From NCBI RefSeq assembly GCF_018350175.1, contig NC_058374.1, forward strand, positions 117,180,001 to 117,244,000: a stretch of 64,000 nucleotides of DNA, read 5' to 3'. The notes beneath the pieces are model-generated. The model was not told where the DNA came from and made no database searches. It saw only the letters and a list, made by a program, of their open reading frames with translations. Positions 10,614 to 22,876 of this stretch are shown in pieces (positions within the stretch are counted from its first letter, which is position 1; every line of letters begins with the position of its first letter). Source of the stretch: Felis catus (lineage: Eukaryota). A program made the translations under genes and the position numbers.

Positions 10614-13600
10614 TACATATTCTTGCCCTTCCAGTCAGTTCACATTTGTTTCTTTCAACCTCTCTCTGTTCCCAAAGCAGTTAAGGTGGCAAGCTTTCCC
10701 TGGGGATACCTTACTCTCTCAGAGCACCCAGCTCAGTGCAATGTGGTAGGTGGGTCCTCAGTAGATGGGAAAGGAATCCAAGAAGGAGGGGAGGGAGGAT
10801 GGGGCAAAGGAAGGAGGGGTGGGGGGGTGGGGAAGGAAAGAACAGTGGAAGCTGAGATTATTGCTTGTCAAAGAGAGCTTGGATTCCCGGAATTTCACAG
10901 TCCTCAAATGCTTCCTCTTTATTTCCGAGAGGAATCATTGAACTAGAATAACATAAAATTAGAAATTAAGTGCTATTTTGTGATAGCTTTGGCTTTTATT
11001 TCTGCTCTTTAAGGAATCACACAGAGCAAATCTTCCAGATTCTTTGGAATTTTAAAAAAATGTTTCCTTTTCCTCCTTCTACCCACTCTTCACCCATTGT
11101 TCACTTGGAGCAGGAAAGCCCTATAATTCCCCAACTCTAGGCCAAAAGGAACTGTACTCAAGGCAGGCTTAAATACAACTCTGAGATATTACCAGACACC
11201 TTTCATGGGTAGCAAGCAGCATGGATATTGGCTTGTCCTTGGGAAGTTCATTACCTTATTGGGCAAATGAAGACCATAAAATGAAACCGCTAGAGAACAG
11301 AGTGGGTGACTGAATAATTAAAGGGTGTTCAGGTGGACCCGTCCACAAATGCTGTAGGAGTTCAGTGGAGAGGTCTGTGGGCATCTTTCTGGAAGCAGTG
11401 AGGCATGCATGGAAACATAAAGCAGAGGTCTCATTTTTTTAAATTGCTAACCAATATCAATAAAAATTTGGGGGGGCACACCCTCAAAAAATGTGGGTTT
11501 CTTTGCTTGTTTATAAATTCTTTACATGTGCTAATGTAACTAATGAATATCTCATGGCACAAAATACATTGGAGGAAGGGTCATGGTCAATGATGGTGAA
11601 TATAAATCCTTAATTTTAAATAATCATCTTCATAATTTTGCTTTGCATCGTATAGAGCTACCTTCCTGTCAGATTTGATTTGATCATCATTGTTTCATTT
11701 TGTTTGTTAAATCGAGGTAACCTACCTTATCTTGGAATAGAAGCATAAGTTCTGCCATTTTCGTTTGCTTACTTATACTTACACGGTAACTTCTGCATTG
11801 AGGCTGCAATCTGTGAAACCTAAGCATAGCATTTCCAATTACCTGAGCCTCCAGAAAAGTCATGAGCCTGCATAGGGGTTTGGCCAGGGGCAACAGAAAT
11901 AATGCCAGCCCTCTGAGAAAAGTTAAAGGGACAGTAGAAGAACAAAATACAGTTGTTTATGATTACATCTCACAAGTCGTATCTGTGAAGCAGACCGCTT
12001 TCATAAATAAAATTAGAGGTTTAGTATTTCCTGCCTGTACCCAAATGATTGCTGCATGCATTGTCTATCCTGCTTTGGAAACCTCTCCTGAGTGAATGTG
12101 TAAAATTTGGATGGGTAATTGAAAGGGACAGTAATTCCTAAGACGTTAATGGTTAAGAGCATAGTCAGATACCAAATGCAAATTCAGAAAAATAGCTCAC
12201 ACTTCTTGAACCCCCAGATGTATTTCCAAAGGACGAATCCATCACATTTTACTTGTGATGCCTCTGTGCACTGGGGCTGTGCATTCCACCCTGGCCTAGT
12301 GATCAGGGCAGGGATTCATTGAGGTTTTCTGTCCCCTAGAACTGGAAGAAATCACAGCCACTGGAAACTTACCTTTCCAGGTTAAACTAGCATCACTGAG
12401 CCTTGAAAAGTGACGTACCATCACCTCTGCCATATTTGATTGGTCACACAAGACCAACCCTGATACCATAGGAGGGAACTACACAAAGACATGAATACCA
12501 GGAGGTAGAGGACATTGGGAGCCTTGTTGGAGCTGGCTACTGCCACGAGGTAGGCATTATTATCATCCCATTTTACAAAGGAAGAAACCGAGGGTCTGAT
12601 AAATAAGTAATTTGCTCAAGTCACTAGCTTGGAAAAAGCAGACCGTGGGTTCCAACCAGGGAGTGTGACCCCAGAGCACATCCTTTTTGAGCACAGCACT
12701 GTAGCCTGATCTCACCGCAGGCCTTTTTCTAACTTCCTTTCTTCACCCCACTGCATGAAACATTGCAAATGAGATAGATTTCCTTTTGCTTAGACCATTT
12801 CAAAAGTCATTGTTTCTTAAGGGTGGAGGTTGGAGGGTTTCCAAAGAAGGAAATACAATGAGAATATCTGGCCAAAGTCCCTAACATGTACACGTTAATT
12901 AATTAACTAAGAAAATGTCATCCAGAGACTGAGAATAACAAGACCATTGACCCGATTTCAGAATCTGACATTTACAAAATGATCACAAGGTAGTGGGTTG
13001 TGTGTACATCCTGTTCCATTTCTCCCTTCCTGGTTGTTTCGGTCAGGTTGTCTCACGAGTCTGGGTGGGCTAAATTGAGCAACATTTTGCTAAAATAAGT
13101 CTGCAATATTAGACCTTAGGAAACAAAAGCCGGAAAGAGAAACTACATTTCCTATAAAAAGTGGAACTATTGGATAATATCTTGCCAACAGTATGACTGG
13201 ATAGAGGGCGATCTATGTGTGAGAAGGAGTAGGACTATGTATGATGTTTAATGTTATCTGTATAAATAATCATGAGAAAGGTAAAGTTTTGTTGTTCTTT
13301 TGTTATGATCTTTTCTTAACCAAATCTGTAGTTGCACTGAATTGTAGGCCATCATTTTAAATTAGATATGGCATGGCATTCATCAATAAACACATTTTGT
13401 TTTATTTAGTAATTTATGTTAGCATTTTCTCTATGTCAGGCCCTATTCTAAGTGCTTTAGACATATTAACATAATTTTTAAACTTCTTTTTTACAATTTG
13501 AGGCATACAGCATAAAGATTTGATATTTGTGTATATTGCAAAATGATCACCACAATAAGTCTAGTTAATATCTGTCACCATACCTACAGATTTTATTTTC

Positions 13601-14348
13601 TTGTGATGAGAACTTTTAAGATGTACTCTTTTAGCAACTTTAAAATATGCAAGAGTATTATTAACTGCAGTCACCATGCTGCACATTATATTTCCGTGAC
13701 TTACTTATTTACGACTGGAAGTTTGTACCTTTTGACCCTCTTCATGTATTCTGTCCACTCCTCCTGCCTCCAACCTCTGGCAACCACCAATCTGTTCTCT
13801 GTAACTCTCAGGTTGATTTTGTTTTTAATTCTATATATAAGTGAGATCATATGGTATGTAGGTATATACTTATCTTTCTCTTCCTGACTTATTTCACTTA
13901 TCATAATGCCCTCAAGGTCCATTCCTGTTGTTGCAAATGGCAGGATTNNNNNNNNNNNNNNNNNNNNNNNNNNNNNNNNNNNNNNNNNNNNNNNNNNNNN
14001 NNNNNNNNNNNNNNNNNNNNNNNNNNNNNNNNNNNNNNNNNNNNNNNNNNNNNNNNNNNNNNNNNNNNNNNNNNNNNNNNNNNNNNNNNNNNNNNNNNNN
14101 NNNNNNNNNNNNNNNNNNNNNNNNNNNNNNNNNNNNNNNNNNNNNNNNNNNNNNNNNNNNNNNNNNNNNATATATCTTTTCAAGGTAGTGTTTTCANNNN
14201 NNNNNNNNNNNNNNNNNNNNNNNNNNNNNNNNNNNNNNNNNNNNNNNNNNNNNNNNNNNNNNNNNNNNNNNNNNNNNNNNNNNNNNNNNNNNNNNNNNNN
14301 NNNNNNNNNNNNNNNNNNNNNNNNNNNNNNNNNNNNNNNNNNNNNNNN

Positions 14349-14496
14349 AGAAGGAGGCACAGAATTCAAAGCAGGCTCCAGGCTCTGAGCTGTCAGCACA
14401 GAGCCTGATGTGGGGCTCAAACTTACTATCTGAACCATGAGATCATGACCTGAGCCAAAGTCAGGTGCTTAACCGACTGAGCCACCCAGGCGCCCC
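14349..14496 (-). mobile_element. Can-SINE (3' part lost in N gap), inserted at the RPS24 retrocopy tail
   Basis: Reverse complement of ggggcgcctgggtggctcagtcggttaagc. Confidence 0.92.
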
Positions 14497-14503
14497 ATAT
14501 ATA

Positions 14504-15024
14504 TTTTTAAGTTCTTAGCTGATTAATCCTCTCATGAAAAATCTGCACCATCACCACAGATAAAGTCACTGCAGAACCTTTATTCCTTCTGTTTTCCAAT
14601 CTCCAGCTCACTTGTTGCCCATACCAACATTGGCTTCTGCAGTCACCCTGACTTCTTCATTCTGTTCTTATGGTCCTTTCCCTGTTTTCTGGAGGTCTTT
14701 TTCTTCTCACACAGGCCATGTCTTGCAAGTCTATGTTTGGGTTCATTTTTCTGTGCNNNNNNNNNNNNNNNNNNNNNNNNNNNNNNNNNNNNNNNNNNNN
14801 NNNNNNNNNNNNNNNNNNNNNNNNNNNNNNNNNNNNNNNNNNNNNNNNNNNNNNNNNNNNNNNNNNNNNNNNNNNNNNNNNNNNNNNNNNNTTCCAGGGT
14901 GAAGAACATCAATGAGCAGTTGTTTCCTCTGAAGTAGTTGGTTGGTCATGAACTTCCTGGCCCAGATAGGTACTGTGTCCTTCTTGATGGTGGCTGAGCT
15001 TCAAGCAGCCAGGGAGGAAAAGAG
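14504..15024 (-). pseudogene. RPS24: Processed pseudogene of ribosomal protein S24 (eS24)
   Basis: Intronless. 5'TOP CTCTTTTCC at 15024. Start codon mutated to AAG (14985-14983). Peptides [21 protein letters not shown] and [35 protein letters not shown]. 3'UTR and A-rich tail present; middle hidden by Ns 14757-14891. Confidence 0.95.
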
Positions 15025-15594
15025 AATGACTATATGGTAGTTCTATCTTTAGTTTTTTGAGGATCCTCCAGACTGAGTTCCATAATGGCTGCATCATATT
15101 TATATCCCCACCAACGGTGCNNNNNNNNNNNNNNNNNNNNNNNNNNNNNNNNNNNNNNNNNNNNNNNNNNNNNNNNNNNNNNNNNNNNNNNNNNNNNNNN
15201 NNNNNNNNNNNNNNNNNNNNNNNNNNNNNNNNNNNNNNNNNNNNNNNNNNNNNNNNNNNNNNNNNNNNNNNNNNNNNNNNNNNNNNNNNNNNNNNCTGCT
15301 GGCCATCAGGATGCCTTCCTTGGAAAAACGTATTTTCAGATCCTTTGCCCATTTTTTTAGTCAGATTTTTTTTTTTTATTTTGCTCTTGAGTTGAATACA
15401 TTCTTTATATATTTTGGATATTAACCTCTTACCAGATACATGATTTGCAAATATTTTCTCCCATCTGGCAGGTTGCCTTTTCATCTTGGTGATGGTTTCC
15501 TTTGCTGTGCAGGAGCTTTTTTGTTTGGTATAGTCCTACTTGTTTATTTTTGCTTTTGTTGTCTTTGCTTTTAGTGTCCAGTTTAAAAAAATCT

Positions 15595-15808
15595 GGGGCG
15601 CCTGGGTGGCGCAGTCGGTTAAGCGTCCGACTTCAGCCAGGTCAGGATCTCGCGGTCCGTGAGTTCGAGCCCCGCGTCGGGCTCTGGGCTGATGGCTCGG
15701 AGCCTGGAGCCTGTTTCCGATTCTGTGTCTCCCTCTCTCCCTGCCCCTCCCCCGTTCATGCTCTGTCTCTCTCTGTCCCAAAAATAAATAAACGTTGAAA
15801 AAAAAAAA
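15595..15808 (+). mobile_element. Young felid SINE (SINEC_Fc-type) inside L1
   Basis: Near-consensus, CpGs retained; TSD aaaaaaatc. Confidence 0.95.
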
Positions 15809-17029
15809 TCATCACCAGGACTGAAGTCAAGGAGCTAACCGCCTATGCTTTCTTCTAGGAGTTCATGGTTTCAGGTTCTACATTTAAGTCTAATCCATTT
15901 TGAGTTTATTTTTGTATATGGTATAAGATGGTGGTCCAGTTTCCTTCTTTTGCATGTGGCTGTTCAGTTTTCCCAATACCATTTATTGAAGAGACTGTCC
16001 ATTCCTCATTGTACATTCTTGGCTCCTTTTGCCACAAATTAATTGACCATATATACTTGGGCTCACTTCTAGGTCTTCATTCTGTTCCATTGATCTATGT
16101 GTCTGTTTTTGTGCCAGTGCCATACTATTTTTATTACTATACTTTGTGATGTAGTTTGAAATCAGGGAGCATGATGCCCCCAGTTTTGTTCATCTCTCTG
16201 AAGATTGCTTTGGCTAACGTGGAGTCTTTTGTGGTTCCGTGCAAATTTTAGAATAGTTTGTTCTGTTTCTATGAAAAATACAATTGGAATTTTGATGGGG
16301 ATTGCATTGAATTTGTAGCTTGCCTTGGACAGTACAGAGGTTTCAAAGATTTTAATTCTGATACTATGTTGAATAAAAGTGGTTAGAATGGTCATCCTTG
16401 TCTCATTCCTGATCTTAAATGAAAAGCTTCCAGCTTTTCACCATTGAGTAGGATGTTAGCTGTGGGCTTATCATAGATGACCTTTACTGTTTTACATATT
16501 TCTATTAATCCTGACAAGGACCCTGAGAGGTAGGTATGATTACTTTTCCCATTTTACAGACAGGGAACCAGAGGCACAAGCGCTGTCCTGGTTAAGTTCC
16601 ACATTACACAAGTTACAAAATAACCTAAGGTTAAGTAACCAGCCAAGATTACACAGCTAGTAAGTTTCAGAATGGAGACTGGTTCCAACCAGGCACTAGA
16701 GCTGCAGAGCCTGGCTTTTAGTCAAGCTTTTTGCCTGGAACAAAATATGGATGCCTCAGTCATTCTCTTTTGTGACCTTATAGGCCCTTCTTGCCACTAG
16801 CATCCCCTCCCTCCCATTCTCACCCCTTCTCTTGCCTGACCAGCAATTTCTGCGCTTTTTTTTTTTTTCCTAAGAGTCAATTCATGTTTACCCTCTACTA
16901 TGAAGCCTTCCATGACTTGGAAGTCATAAAGATTTATGCACCTATTTCTTTGTGTTCTTAACATGCTTTGATCATTTTATTGAGACATGGACTATTTTTT
17001 AATCTACTCGGCTGCTCGTCTACCTTCTC

Positions 17030-17440
17030 TGTTACCAGTTCTGTGATGCACCTCTCCCCCATTTTAGGGGTGGTCCGTGTGACCTGAGGCTTTCCTTAAT
17101 GCCACAATTCAGAGGCAACCATGTGAACCAGGTTGGTCTAATCCAAGTGAATCCTGGGACATGACAGGAGCTGGTGGAGAGAAACACATGATTCCGTTGT
17201 AAGTCTAGAGCTGCCGGCAGCCTTCTGTCTTCACACTGTGCCCGAGAATGAAGCCAAACTGAAGACAGGGAGAAAGGAAGGAGAGTGAAAAAGCCTGCTG
17301 GAGACATTGTTTGAACCTCTGGGTCAAACCCCACCTAAATTCAAGATACACCTTTGGACTCAATGAGCTAGACTTCCCTTTTTCAGCTTACTCCAGATGG
17401 AATTTTCAGTCATTTGCGACCAGAGGAATACTAACCAGTA
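17030..17440. mobile_element. Old MLT1-type MaLR LTR
   Basis: catgtgaaccaggttggtctaatc...ggagacattgtttgaacctctgg...tcatttgcgaccagaggaatactaac. Confidence 0.55.
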
Positions 17441-18469
17441 GATGTATTCTACCATGTATCTATAACTATTTGACTGTACCAATGTGAACTAGACCATAAT
17501 TCTTTGGGGGCAGTAGATGCTGAATAAATATTTGTTGAATGAATTTAGCTGAGGAGTGTTTTGGAGGGAACTGAGCCTAGAGCGGGGACACCTTTATGGA
17601 GGCTAATGAACTTAGCTGGTACAAAATATAATCGAGGGACTGAAGAGTGGGATTGAAGAAAAGGGACAGGAATCAAAGAATGAACAAGGCAGTGGTACAG
17701 AATGGGGTGCACAATAGTTACATTGAAGCTCGAGTGCTACCCCATTCTGTGTATTTATGTACCATTCTGTGTGTGTTTTAGTAGACTTCTCTTGATCAGC
17801 CAACTAAATTAAATTTCATATTGCTAGCTGGTTATTGCCTGTCTAAATTACCCATCTCTGCCAGTTTGTCACAGTAGAAAAATTAATGTTAGACAGAGGC
17901 TCACGTATGAGCCAATAACCGTGATTATCACAAAAAAAGGAGCTTTATTAAACAACATTCAGGTCTTCCTAGGGATAGGATTGGGAGTTGAGAGGCCCAT
18001 ACAACTCAGCGTGTGGTGATAGGCAGCTCCTGGACAATGTAATGGAGCATCAGCTAAGAGCAAAGGCCCTGAGTAAAATGGAAACTGGGTGGTGAAGTCG
18101 TCCTTGCCTTCCCTAACCACCAGCTAAGAGGACATCCAGTAAGAGACCCTGAGAGTTATGTGCAACAGCACCCTACAGCCAGTTCCAGGACCCAGCGGAA
18201 GGGAGGAACAAGGCGCCTCTTTGCTTCCCATCAGCTCACCTAAAAAAGGAGCTAAGTCCTACTTAGCCTCAACATCTTCACTCTCAGCCTGCCCCAGGAC
18301 AGGCCAGAGGGCAAGGGAGGTACCATCCGTTTTGCTCTGGGATTATTGTACTTTTGGCCTCCTACTTTGTCACTGACCTGCAGACTGCCAGCTGCAAGGT
18401 GGATTCTGGATAACTTATGCCCAGATCAGCCATGGAGAAGACTCCATTCTCCGGGATAAAGGATCTATA

Positions 18470-18670
18470 GCAGTACAGATGAAGCATTCTGTGATGATGG
18501 ACATGTTCTGTATGCAGTGCATTATGACAGCATCAGCCACAGTGGCTACTGGGCACTTGAGATGAATTGATGGCTAGTGCAATTGAAGCATTAAAATTTT
18601 TAATTTAATTTAATTTTAAAATGAAAATTTAAACAAGGACCAGTGGTTGCCGTATTGGATAGCACAGCTC
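18470..18670. mobile_element. MER3-like hAT MITE
   Basis: ttctgtgatgatggacatgttct...tggctactgggcacttga...gtattggatagcacag. Confidence 0.6.
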
Positions 18671-18850
18671 TATAGTTTCTTTCTCACTCCTCTCTCTTGG
18701 TTTGCCTCTTCTACCTATTTCTTCACCCGTCCCTCTCCCTTCTGCTGAAATAGCTTCTGTGGGATATGGACTTTCACATTCTGGGCCAGTGCCCTAACCC
18801 AGTGGATGCACAATGAGTCAGTCAGTCTTTTAGCTAAAGAGGAGGATTCT

Positions 18851-19058
18851 TTTTTTTTAATGTTTATTTTTGAGAGAGAGAGAGTGAGACAGAGCATGAG
18901 AGGGGGAGGGCCAGAGAGAGGGAGACACAGAATCTGAAGCAGACTCCAGGCTCCGAGCTGTCAGCACAGAGCCTGACGTGGGGCTCGAACTCACAAACTG
19001 CGAGATCATGACCTGAGCCGAAGTCGGAGGCTTAACTGACTGAGCCACCCAGGCACCC
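18851..19058 (-). mobile_element. Can-SINE
   Basis: TSD gaggattctt. Confidence 0.94.
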
Positions 19059-19357
19059 TGAGGATTCTTGATCATGACTCAAAAACATAAAAAATAAAAT
19101 GGTATGCTATCATTTCAAATTGTTAGTATTTTACACAACTCCCTTAGCTGGTTATTTACTTCTTATTAGGAAGAAACTATAAGAGCAGGAAAGATGCCTG
19201 TAAAGAGTTCTGGAGCCAGACTTCCTGGTTTAAGATCTGACTCTCTCACTTATTAGCTGTAGGCTCTTAGGCAACTTACTGAATTTCTTAGTATCTCAGT
19301 TTCCTCCTCTGTAAAATAGCAATAATAATATTGCTATATTATTGTGGTGAATCTTAA

Positions 19358-19360
<3 letters not shown>

Positions 19361-19398
<38 letters not shown>
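19361..19398. repeat. (GT)n microsatellite within a MIR-like sequence
   Basis: Direct inspection. Confidence 0.95.
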
Positions 19399-19401
<3 letters not shown>

Positions 19402-19535
19402 GCACACAGGACAGAGATCAGCACATAGCAGGTGTCAATCAACATTTACTAATATTATTCCCTCTTCTTGGCAACCTTCTTTGCACAGAGCAGGTGCTCA
19501 AAAGAAGTTTGAGAATAAGGACTGGATTAAGTGTG

Positions 19536-19554
19536 TTGCCACCAGGTGGCAGTA
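19536..19554 (+). promoter_or_regulatory. Strong CTCF core motif
   Basis: TTGCCACCAGGTGGCAGTA matches CCASYAGRKGGCRS. Confidence 0.7.
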
Positions 19555-19748
19555 GTGCCTCACTTATAAGGACTAACCCAACCACCAGAAGACTTCATTG
19601 GAGTCGGGGAAACTCCCTCCTTCATGAAGTCCCAGATGCGGTATGAAGAACTGAACCCCTTTCCTCTTCTGTCCTTCCTTTTCCTCTAATATCTGCCCTC
19701 TCTCTACTGTGATAAACCTTTCCTTCCCCTTGCCCCCTGCCCCACCCG

Positions 19749-20127
19749 TGTATTAGCCTGCTACGGCTACCGTACAAAAGACTGGATGGCTTAAACAGCA
19801 GACATTTTCTCACAGTTTTGGAGGCTAGAAGTTCCAGATCAAGATATCTTCAGGGTTGGTTTGGGTGAGGCCCCTCTCTTGGCTTGTAGATGGCTACCTT
19901 CTCACTATATCCTAACGTGATTCTTCCCTAGGCACATGCAGAGAGAGCGCTTTGGTATTTCTTCCTCTTCTAGTAAGGTCACCAGTCCATATTAGATTAG
20001 GGCCCTACCCTTACGATTTCACTTAACCTTAATTACTTCCCTAAAGACCTTATCTCCAAGTACAATCGCATTGGGTATTAGGACTTCAGCATATGAGTTT
20101 GGGGAGACCCAATTCAGTCCATAATAC
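19749..20127. mobile_element. MLT1A/B-type MaLR solo LTR
   Basis: tgtattag...tctcacagttttggaggctagaag...aattcagtccataata. Confidence 0.75.
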
Positions 20128-20834
20128 CACTTTTATTTATAAACTCTGTTCTCATACTTCTTACCAATGTAGCTTTTCTTTCTTACTTCCTGTTATTCAC
20201 CCATCCTTGAATCTTTATATGGCTTTTCTAGGACTTGTACAGGTTGTAGCTGAACAACTCTAGGGGGCATCGTTCGTATCATGGCGTACATTTGCATATT
20301 ACGACAGCATTGAGGCAGATGGCAGTAAGATGTCTTGAAGAAGAGGAGTCTTTTTCAAATTCACACAAAGGTGCTGGCCCCCTCCACTGTGTTCCTGTCC
20401 TTCTCATCATTGTTGCTTCAGCTTCTCTCCTTCCTTACTCTCCTCTTTGGGCTGAACCTGCTCCATGTTCATAAAGAGACTAATTCATCACAACACACAT
20501 TATTCAGTACCTTAGGGCCAGGCTGTCTTGTGGATACCAAATGGTGCACCCTACCCTTGCACCTTTAACCAGCCAGTCCATCCACACCCAGCAGGACAAC
20601 ACCCAATGGAATGAGCCTCCAACAGTCCTTGGATCATTCACTGTCTGCCTTTCCCTTGTACAGACATTAGGACCCAGGCAGGGAAGGGAAGAGGAGACAT
20701 GTAGTATTGTAATGTAAATTAGCATTTATTGAACACTTACCATGCGCTGCACACAGTTCTAATTCTCTCTGCGTATTACATTTAATCATCAAAACCATGC
20801 TCTCATTTTCTAGATGAGAAAACTAAGCTGTAGA

Positions 20835-21325
20835 CAACGGGCAGAGACTCCTAATTGTTCCCTAATTTCTGTCTTCTCTATTTTTCTTTAAGTAATTGAA
20901 GCTGATGGATTTTGGCTAGACCCAGGGGTGCCCAAGAATGGCCACATTTCTCAGCCTCCCTGGCAGTTTGATGTGGCCACATTACTTAATTTGGGCCAGT
21001 TGGATGTGAATAGAAAAGAGGGCTGCAATTTCAGTGTTCCATCCTTGAAAGGAAGCTTCTTGCTCTCTCTGTCCTCTTTTCCTTGTCCCCATGCTTGGAC
21101 AGTAGTGAGCCAGCTTTGACCATGGAAACAAGGAGCATAGGATGAAGAAGAGAAGAGCAACGACATAGAAGGAACCTGGTCTGTAGATGAGCTTATGGGA
21201 CAAATGTACATGTTGACCCTAAATCTATCTTCAGATTATTATGTGAACAAGAAGTAAACTTGTCTTGTTTGAATCACTATAGTTTGGGTGTCTTTATTAC
21301 AGCATCTTAGCATGTTCTTTCACTA
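20835..21325. mobile_element. Old MLT1-type LTR
   Basis: cacatttctcagcctccctggcag...tgtggccac...aaacttgtcttgttt...ttattacagca. Confidence 0.55.
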
Positions 21326-21768
21326 AAATGGAGAAGTTAAGTAACATGCCCAAGATCACAAAGGTAATAAATGACAGCAAAAGGATTTTAACTCAGGTAA
21401 TGATTTGAATCCAGAACCCAAGCTAATTGTACAATAATCCAAAGCCTAAGCTTAACCACTAACTGTATAATAAGATCTTATTCCTCCAAAAGTTCATAAT
21501 CTCCAGGCAAGACCACCCCTTGTATTGGGCTTTGAAGGACAGTCAAATGGGCTGTAAAACACAAACTGTATAATCTTTTCATTGAATACCTGGAAACCCC
21601 ATGATCATTCCCTTCTTTGGGGCAGTAGAGATCTGGTTAAAATGTAAACACAATGTGGGAGGGACAACACAAAAATCCATTATAACCATGGAACTCTTGG
21701 TACTAGGTAATTTCTCATGCTATCTGACCTGTCAAGGTTGAGACAGAAAGGGATAATGGACACACAAA

Positions 21769-22303
21769 TTTTTTTTTTCAATATATGAAGTTTATTGTCA
21801 AATTGGTTTCCATACAACACCCAGTGCTCATTCCAAAAGGTGCCCTCCTCAATACCCATCACCCACCTTCCCCTCCCTCCCACCCCCCATGAACCCTCAG
21901 TTTGTTCTCAGTTTTTAACAGTCTCTTATGCTTTGGCTCTCTTCCACTCTAACCTCTTTTTTTTTTCCTTCCCCTCCCCCATGGGTTTCTGTTAAGTTTC
22001 TCAGGATCCACATAAGAGTGAAAACATATGGTATCTGTCTTTCTCTGTATGGCTTATTTCACTTGCATAACACTCTCCAGTTCCATCCATGTTGCTACAA
22101 AGGGCCATATTTCATTCTTTCTCATTGCCACATAGTACTCCATTGTGTATATAAACCACAATTTTTTTTATCCATTCATCAATTGATGGACATTTAGGCT
22201 CTTTCCATAATTTGGCTATTGTTGAGAGTGCTGCTATAAACATTGGGGTACAAGTGGCCCTATGCATCAGTACTCCTGTATCCCTTGGGTAAATTCCTAG
22301 CAG
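21769..22303 (-). mobile_element. 5'-truncated felid L1 (3' end)
   Basis: Poly-T, felid L1 3'UTR, ORF2 end ([30 protein letters not shown]); TSD tggacacacaaa at 21757-21768 and 22304-22315. Confidence 0.93.
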
Positions 22304-22411
22304 TGGACACACAAAATTTAATGGAATGCCACAAGGGAGGTGGGTAAAATAGAGCATGGGAGAACAGAGAGTCCAGGAAGGAAACAGAAGAATCCTTTGC
22401 CTTGAAAGAAG

Positions 22412-22876
22412 GTGTGGTAGACAGAGTAATACCCACCCACCCTCCAAAGACATCCATGTCCCAATCCCTGGAACTGTGAGTAAATTACACTACAAAAGGG
22501 ATTTGGTAAATGAAGGATTTTGAGTTAGAGAGATTATCCTGGATTATTTGGGTGGACCCAGTCTACGCTCAGGGGGCCTTATAAGGGAAAGAGGGAGGCA
22601 GGAGAGGGAGAGTCAGAGAAGCCAAGAGGATGACAGAAGCAGAGGTCAGAGAAAGAGAGATTTGAAGATGGTACACTGTGGCTTTGAAGAGGAAGGAAGG
22701 AGCCATGAACCAAGGAAAATTCTCCCCCAGAGCCTCCAGAAGAATGAAGCCATGCCAACATCTTGATTTTAGCCAAGTCAAGCCCATTTTGGACTTCTGA
22801 CCTCCAGAACTGTGAGATAATACATTTTTTCAAACCACCAACCTTGTGGTACTTTTTTAGCAATAAGAACTTATAC
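22412..22876. mobile_element. MLT1D-like MaLR solo LTR
   Basis: tgtggtagacag...gagattatcctggattat...ggacttctgacctccagaactgtgagataat...aacttataca. Confidence 0.75.

Larger units (their letters stand above)
13948..15295. other. Four assembly gaps (N: 13948-14169, 14197-14348, 14757-14891, 15121-15295)
   Basis: N runs, all within high-copy sequence (L1, SINE, RPS24 copy). Confidence 0.99.
13490..16490 (-). mobile_element. L1 (L1MA/Carnivore-type) 3'UTR plus ORF2 3' part, with nested insertions and N gaps
   Basis: ORF2-like peptides in the ORF track (ILPFATTGMDLEGIMISEISQ; MKRQPARWEKIFANHVSGKRLISKIYKE; YKFNAIPIKIPIVFFIETEQTILKF). Confidence 0.9.

Noticed and set aside
13701-15484. Long ORFs containing X runs
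   Set aside because: Artefacts of N gaps joining L1, SINE and RPS24 fragments.
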